A stretch of 64,000 nt of DNA from Snowella sp. (lineage in GTDB: Bacteria > Cyanobacteriota > Cyanobacteriia > Cyanobacteriales > Microcystaceae), in assembly GCA_035285545.1 (NCBI GenBank), contig JAYKGY010000019.1, forward strand, positions 1-64,000. The letters run 5' to 3'. The first letter of the stretch is position 1, and the number at the start of each line of letters is the position of its first letter. This document shows positions 61,070 to 64,000 of the stretch, piece after piece. The translations under genes were made by a program, and so were the position numbers. The notes beneath the pieces were generated by a model that saw only the letters and a program-made list of their open reading frames with translations, had not been told where the DNA came from and searched no databases.

Positions 61070-62947
61070 ATGACTGCCCCGATCCTGGATGTTCGTAATT
61101 TACAAGTGGAATTTGTCAGGGAAGGAAAAGGTGTTTCGACGATTGCGGTAGATAGGATTAATTTTGAACTGCAACGGGGGCAAATTCTCGGCATTGTGGG
61201 GGAATCGGGATCGGGAAAGTCGGTTACGTCCTTAGCAATTATGGGGCTATTGCCGTCATCGGGTCGGCTTTCTAATGAAAGTGAAATTAATTTCTACCGT
61301 GAATCTGGCGATCGCGTGAATTTAGTGACCTTAAATGAAGAAGCCAGGCGACAATATCGTGGCGGAAAAATTGCCATGATTTTCCAAGAACCCATGAGTT
61401 CTCTCAATCCCGTTTATACCATTGGGTTCCAAATCATCGAAGCGATTCAACTCCATCAAAACGTTACGCCTGAGCAAGCCACTCAGCAAGCGATCGCGCT
61501 TTTACAAGAAGTCCGAGTCTTACCCAGCGATGAAACCCTAGAAGCCATCTTTTTAAGTCAACATTCGGCTGACACACTCCGACGAGACGGATCGGTTACA
61601 GAGCAAATTAATCGTTATATTAAACAGCGCAAACAGGAATTTTTAAAACGCTATCCCCACGAACTCTCCGGCGGTCAACTGCAACGAGTGATGATCGCGA
61701 TCGCCATTTCCTGTAATCCCAGTTTATTAATTGCCGACGAACCCACAACGGCCTTAGATGTCACCGTTCAAGCCGAAATTTTGAGACTCTTGCGGGATCT
61801 GTGCAAAATTCATCGCAACATGTCTATGATCTTCATTTCCCATGACTTAGGGGTAATTAATGAAATTGCTGATAAAGTCGCCGTCATGTACCAAGGAAAA
61901 ATCGTGGAGCAAGGCACCAAAGAGCAGGTTTTATATAGCCCCCAGCATCCCTACACCAAAGGGCTACTCGCCTGTCGTCCCCGTTTATCTCCCCAGCTAG
62001 CCCAACTTCCCACCGTCGCCGATTTTCTTAACACCGACCAGGAAGCCAAACGCTATGCGGTCATCACTCCCGAAGCAGAACAAGCTCGCCTAAAACGTTT
62101 ATCCCAACAGCAACCTTTACTATCCGTCAGTAATTTAACCGTTGAATTTGTCAAATCAGGATTCTTTGGGAAACGGGATGGGTTTAAGGCCGTTGATAAT
62201 ATTAATTTTCAAGTCTTTCCAGGGGAAACCTTGGGCCTAGTAGGAGAATCAGGCTGCGGGAAATCTACCTTGGCCAGAACTCTATTACGGCTCATTCCGG
62301 CTCAACAAGGAGAAATTATTTTTGGTGAGGAAATCATTTCCAAGCTCAAAGCAGGGGATCAAAAATTGCGAAATCTCCGCCGAGAAATGCAGATTATTTT
62401 CCAAAATCCCTACAATTCCCTCAATCCCCGGATTAGTATTGGCCAAGCCATTTTAGAGCCAATGGTCATTCATCAAACGGGGGGCAATGACCGTAAGCGT
62501 AAAGAACGGGTTGCCTACCTGCTAGAACGGGTGGGACTCAATCCCAATGGGTTTAATCGCTATCCCCATGAACTCTCCGGCGGTCAACGGCAACGGGTTT
62601 GTGTGGCCAGAGCCTTAGCCCTAAATCCCCGTTTTATTATCTGTGATGAATCGGTATCCGCCTTAGACGTATCGGTGCAAGCTCAAGTGTTAAACCTACT
62701 CAAGGATTTACAGCAGGAGTTTCAATTAACCTATATTTTCATTTCCCATGATCTTAGTGTGGTGCGTTTTATGAGCGATCGCATCATGGTGATGAATAAA
62801 GGAAAACTCGCTGAAGCGATCGATTCGGCCCAAGCCATTATCAACCATCCCAAAAGTGACTACACCCAAAAACTCATTCATTCCATTCCCCAATTTCCTG
62901 AGGATATGCAGTGGTTAAATGAACACAGTTCAGAAATTGCTTCTTAA
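61070..62947 (+). CDS. Peptide/nickel ABC transporter ATP-binding protein, fused DppD/DppF type
   Basis: Two NBDs (GESGSGKS, GESGCGKS), YPHELSGGQ twice, HPYTKGLL. Confidence 0.93.
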   Translation: MTAPILDVRNLQVEFVREGKGVSTIAVDRINFELQRGQILGIVGESGSGKSVTSLAIMGLLPSSGRLSNESEINFYRESGDRVNLVTLNEEARRQYRGGKIAMIFQEPMSSLNPVYTIGFQIIEAIQLHQNVTPEQATQQAIALLQEVRVLPSDETLEAIFLSQHSADTLRRDGSVTEQINRYIKQRKQEFLKRYPHELSGGQLQRVMIAIAISCNPSLLIADEPTTALDVTVQAEILRLLRDLCKIHRNMSMIFISHDLGVINEIADKVAVMYQGKIVEQGTKEQVLYSPQHPYTKGLLACRPRLSPQLAQLPTVADFLNTDQEAKRYAVITPEAEQARLKRLSQQQPLLSVSNLTVEFVKSGFFGKRDGFKAVDNINFQVFPGETLGLVGESGCGKSTLARTLLRLIPAQQGEIIFGEEIISKLKAGDQKLRNLRREMQIIFQNPYNSLNPRISIGQAILEPMVIHQTGGNDRKRKERVAYLLERVGLNPNGFNRYPHELSGGQRQRVCVARALALNPRFIICDESVSALDVSVQAQVLNLLKDLQQEFQLTYIFISHDLSVVRFMSDRIMVMNKGKLAEAIDSAQAIINHPKSDYTQKLIHSIPQFPEDMQWLNEHSSEIAS

Positions 62948-64000
62948 AGCAAATGATTTTCAAAGAATATTTGATACAATTTGCAACTTAATAGGGCCTT
63001 GTTATGGGCTAGGCGAATGAATCCTAAACTTTCTAATTGATAGGCTTCAGTAGAGTCTAAGGGTAAACGATGGGGATTAATCAAAAATTCTTGAAAAGTG
63101 TTCAGTAATCTCTTATTCCGTTGCAAAATCAATAACTGGCTTTGTAAATAATCTTGATAAATTTCAAACACTTTAACCGAAACCTGTTCAACTTCTACTA
63201 ACGATAATTGCTCACTCACAAAATAATAGAACAGCAACCGAATGAGATAGGGGTGTCCTCCCACTAAATCAAAAATAACTCTAGCCTTTTTTTGCCCCTT
63301 TTCTCCCATCCAGTCTAATTCATACCGATTGGCTAGATCTTGGATTTGCGCCAGATTCAAGGGGGGGATTTCTAAGGGTAAGCCCACATTAAAAGGCGAT
63401 TGATGGGGGTCTAGAGGAATAAAATTTTTAATGGAATTGACAATAATTAACCGCAGTTTTTCCCAAATCGGGCGTTGTTTAGATTGTTCATGCCAGAATC
63501 GGAGTAAGGAAGAAAATTCATGCACGATCGCGTTCTGGTTAAAAATCCGGTTGAATTCATTAAACGCTAAAATAAGGGGCTGATTGATAGCGGCTAAAAG
63601 ATAATTTTGGAAATATTCCGTACAATTCATCTTGCTGCCTAACAGATCGTCCCAGTAGTCATCAATCCGGTGGGGAATTTCCAACTGACGGCTGACATTG
63701 ACGCAAAACCAACGCAAAAACTTATCAAGATCGTGAAAAATGATGTCATCAACAACTTTTAGGTCAATAACCACTGTGAAATAGTTGGCTTGTTGCGCTT
63801 TCTCTAAAATCCGAATTAACAGGGAGCTTTTTCCCATTTTGATCGGAGAATGAATACAGGTCACACTGCCAGGCTTATGAATTTCGGCATAGGCGGAAAG
63901 CTCTAGCGGGGGGCGTTCAATATAAAAAGGAGAATCCGCTGGAATAGGACTTCCTGGAAATTCAAACAGTCCCCGTTGGTGGTGAATGCCATATTGGAGA
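62944..64000 (-). CDS. AAA_35-like ATPase-domain protein (N-terminus lies beyond the right window edge)
   Basis: Frame stays open to the window end (FPGSPIPADSPFYIERPP). Motifs MGKSSLL, SPFNVG, VGGHPYL. Confidence 0.85.
   Translation of the reverse strand, partial: LQYGIHHQRGLFEFPGSPIPADSPFYIERPPLELSAYAEIHKPGSVTCIHSPIKMGKSSLLIRILEKAQQANYFTVVIDLKVVDDIIFHDLDKFLRWFCVNVSRQLEIPHRIDDYWDDLLGSKMNCTEYFQNYLLAAINQPLILAFNEFNRIFNQNAIVHEFSSLLRFWHEQSKQRPIWEKLRLIIVNSIKNFIPLDPHQSPFNVGLPLEIPPLNLAQIQDLANRYELDWMGEKGQKKARVIFDLVGGHPYLIRLLFYYFVSEQLSLVEVEQVSVKVFEIYQDYLQSQLLILQRNKRLLNTFQEFLINPHRLPLDSTEAYQLESLGFIRLAHNKALLSCKLYQIFFENHLL

Larger units (their letters stand above)
1..64000. repeat. HIP1 octamer GCGATCGC dispersed through native genes
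   Basis: Dozens of copies, for example 5999, 7340, 7676, 47496, 47659, 47863. Not noticed in the AT-rich blocks 16410-17300, 25535-28300 and 34300-35500. Confidence 0.95.

Overview
Chromosomal window from a unicellular cyanobacterium, judged from dense HIP1 octamers (GCGATCGC), phycobilisome and chlorophyll genes, and a gene content resembling Synechocystis relatives. It is mostly housekeeping: gyrB, cobA-hemD, hpnJ, tRNA-His, rpe, ftsW, chlP, glcD, mnmE, gnd, phoU, pgk. The most unusual element is gyrB, which carries two inteins 66 residues apart in the TOPRIM domain. One is a 245-aa intein that appears to have lost its endonuclease. The other is a 551-aa Ser-initiated intein with an XRE-type HTH and LAGLIDADG motifs. 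Other notable items are: a complete CcaS/CcaR/cpcL chromatic-acclimation locus with a G-box and an Asp-less receiver gene; an intact, HIP1-rich IS701-like transposase ORF with an altered DDE triad; an AT-rich GmrSD gene whose stop codon comes from a 92-bp MITE; a yybP-ykoY Mn riboswitch before a GDT1 exporter; a possible ATT start for ftsW; and HLR1, Pho and NtcA boxes. No CRISPR array, rRNA or prophage was seen. All calls come from reading the sequence and recalled family motifs; no database searches were run.
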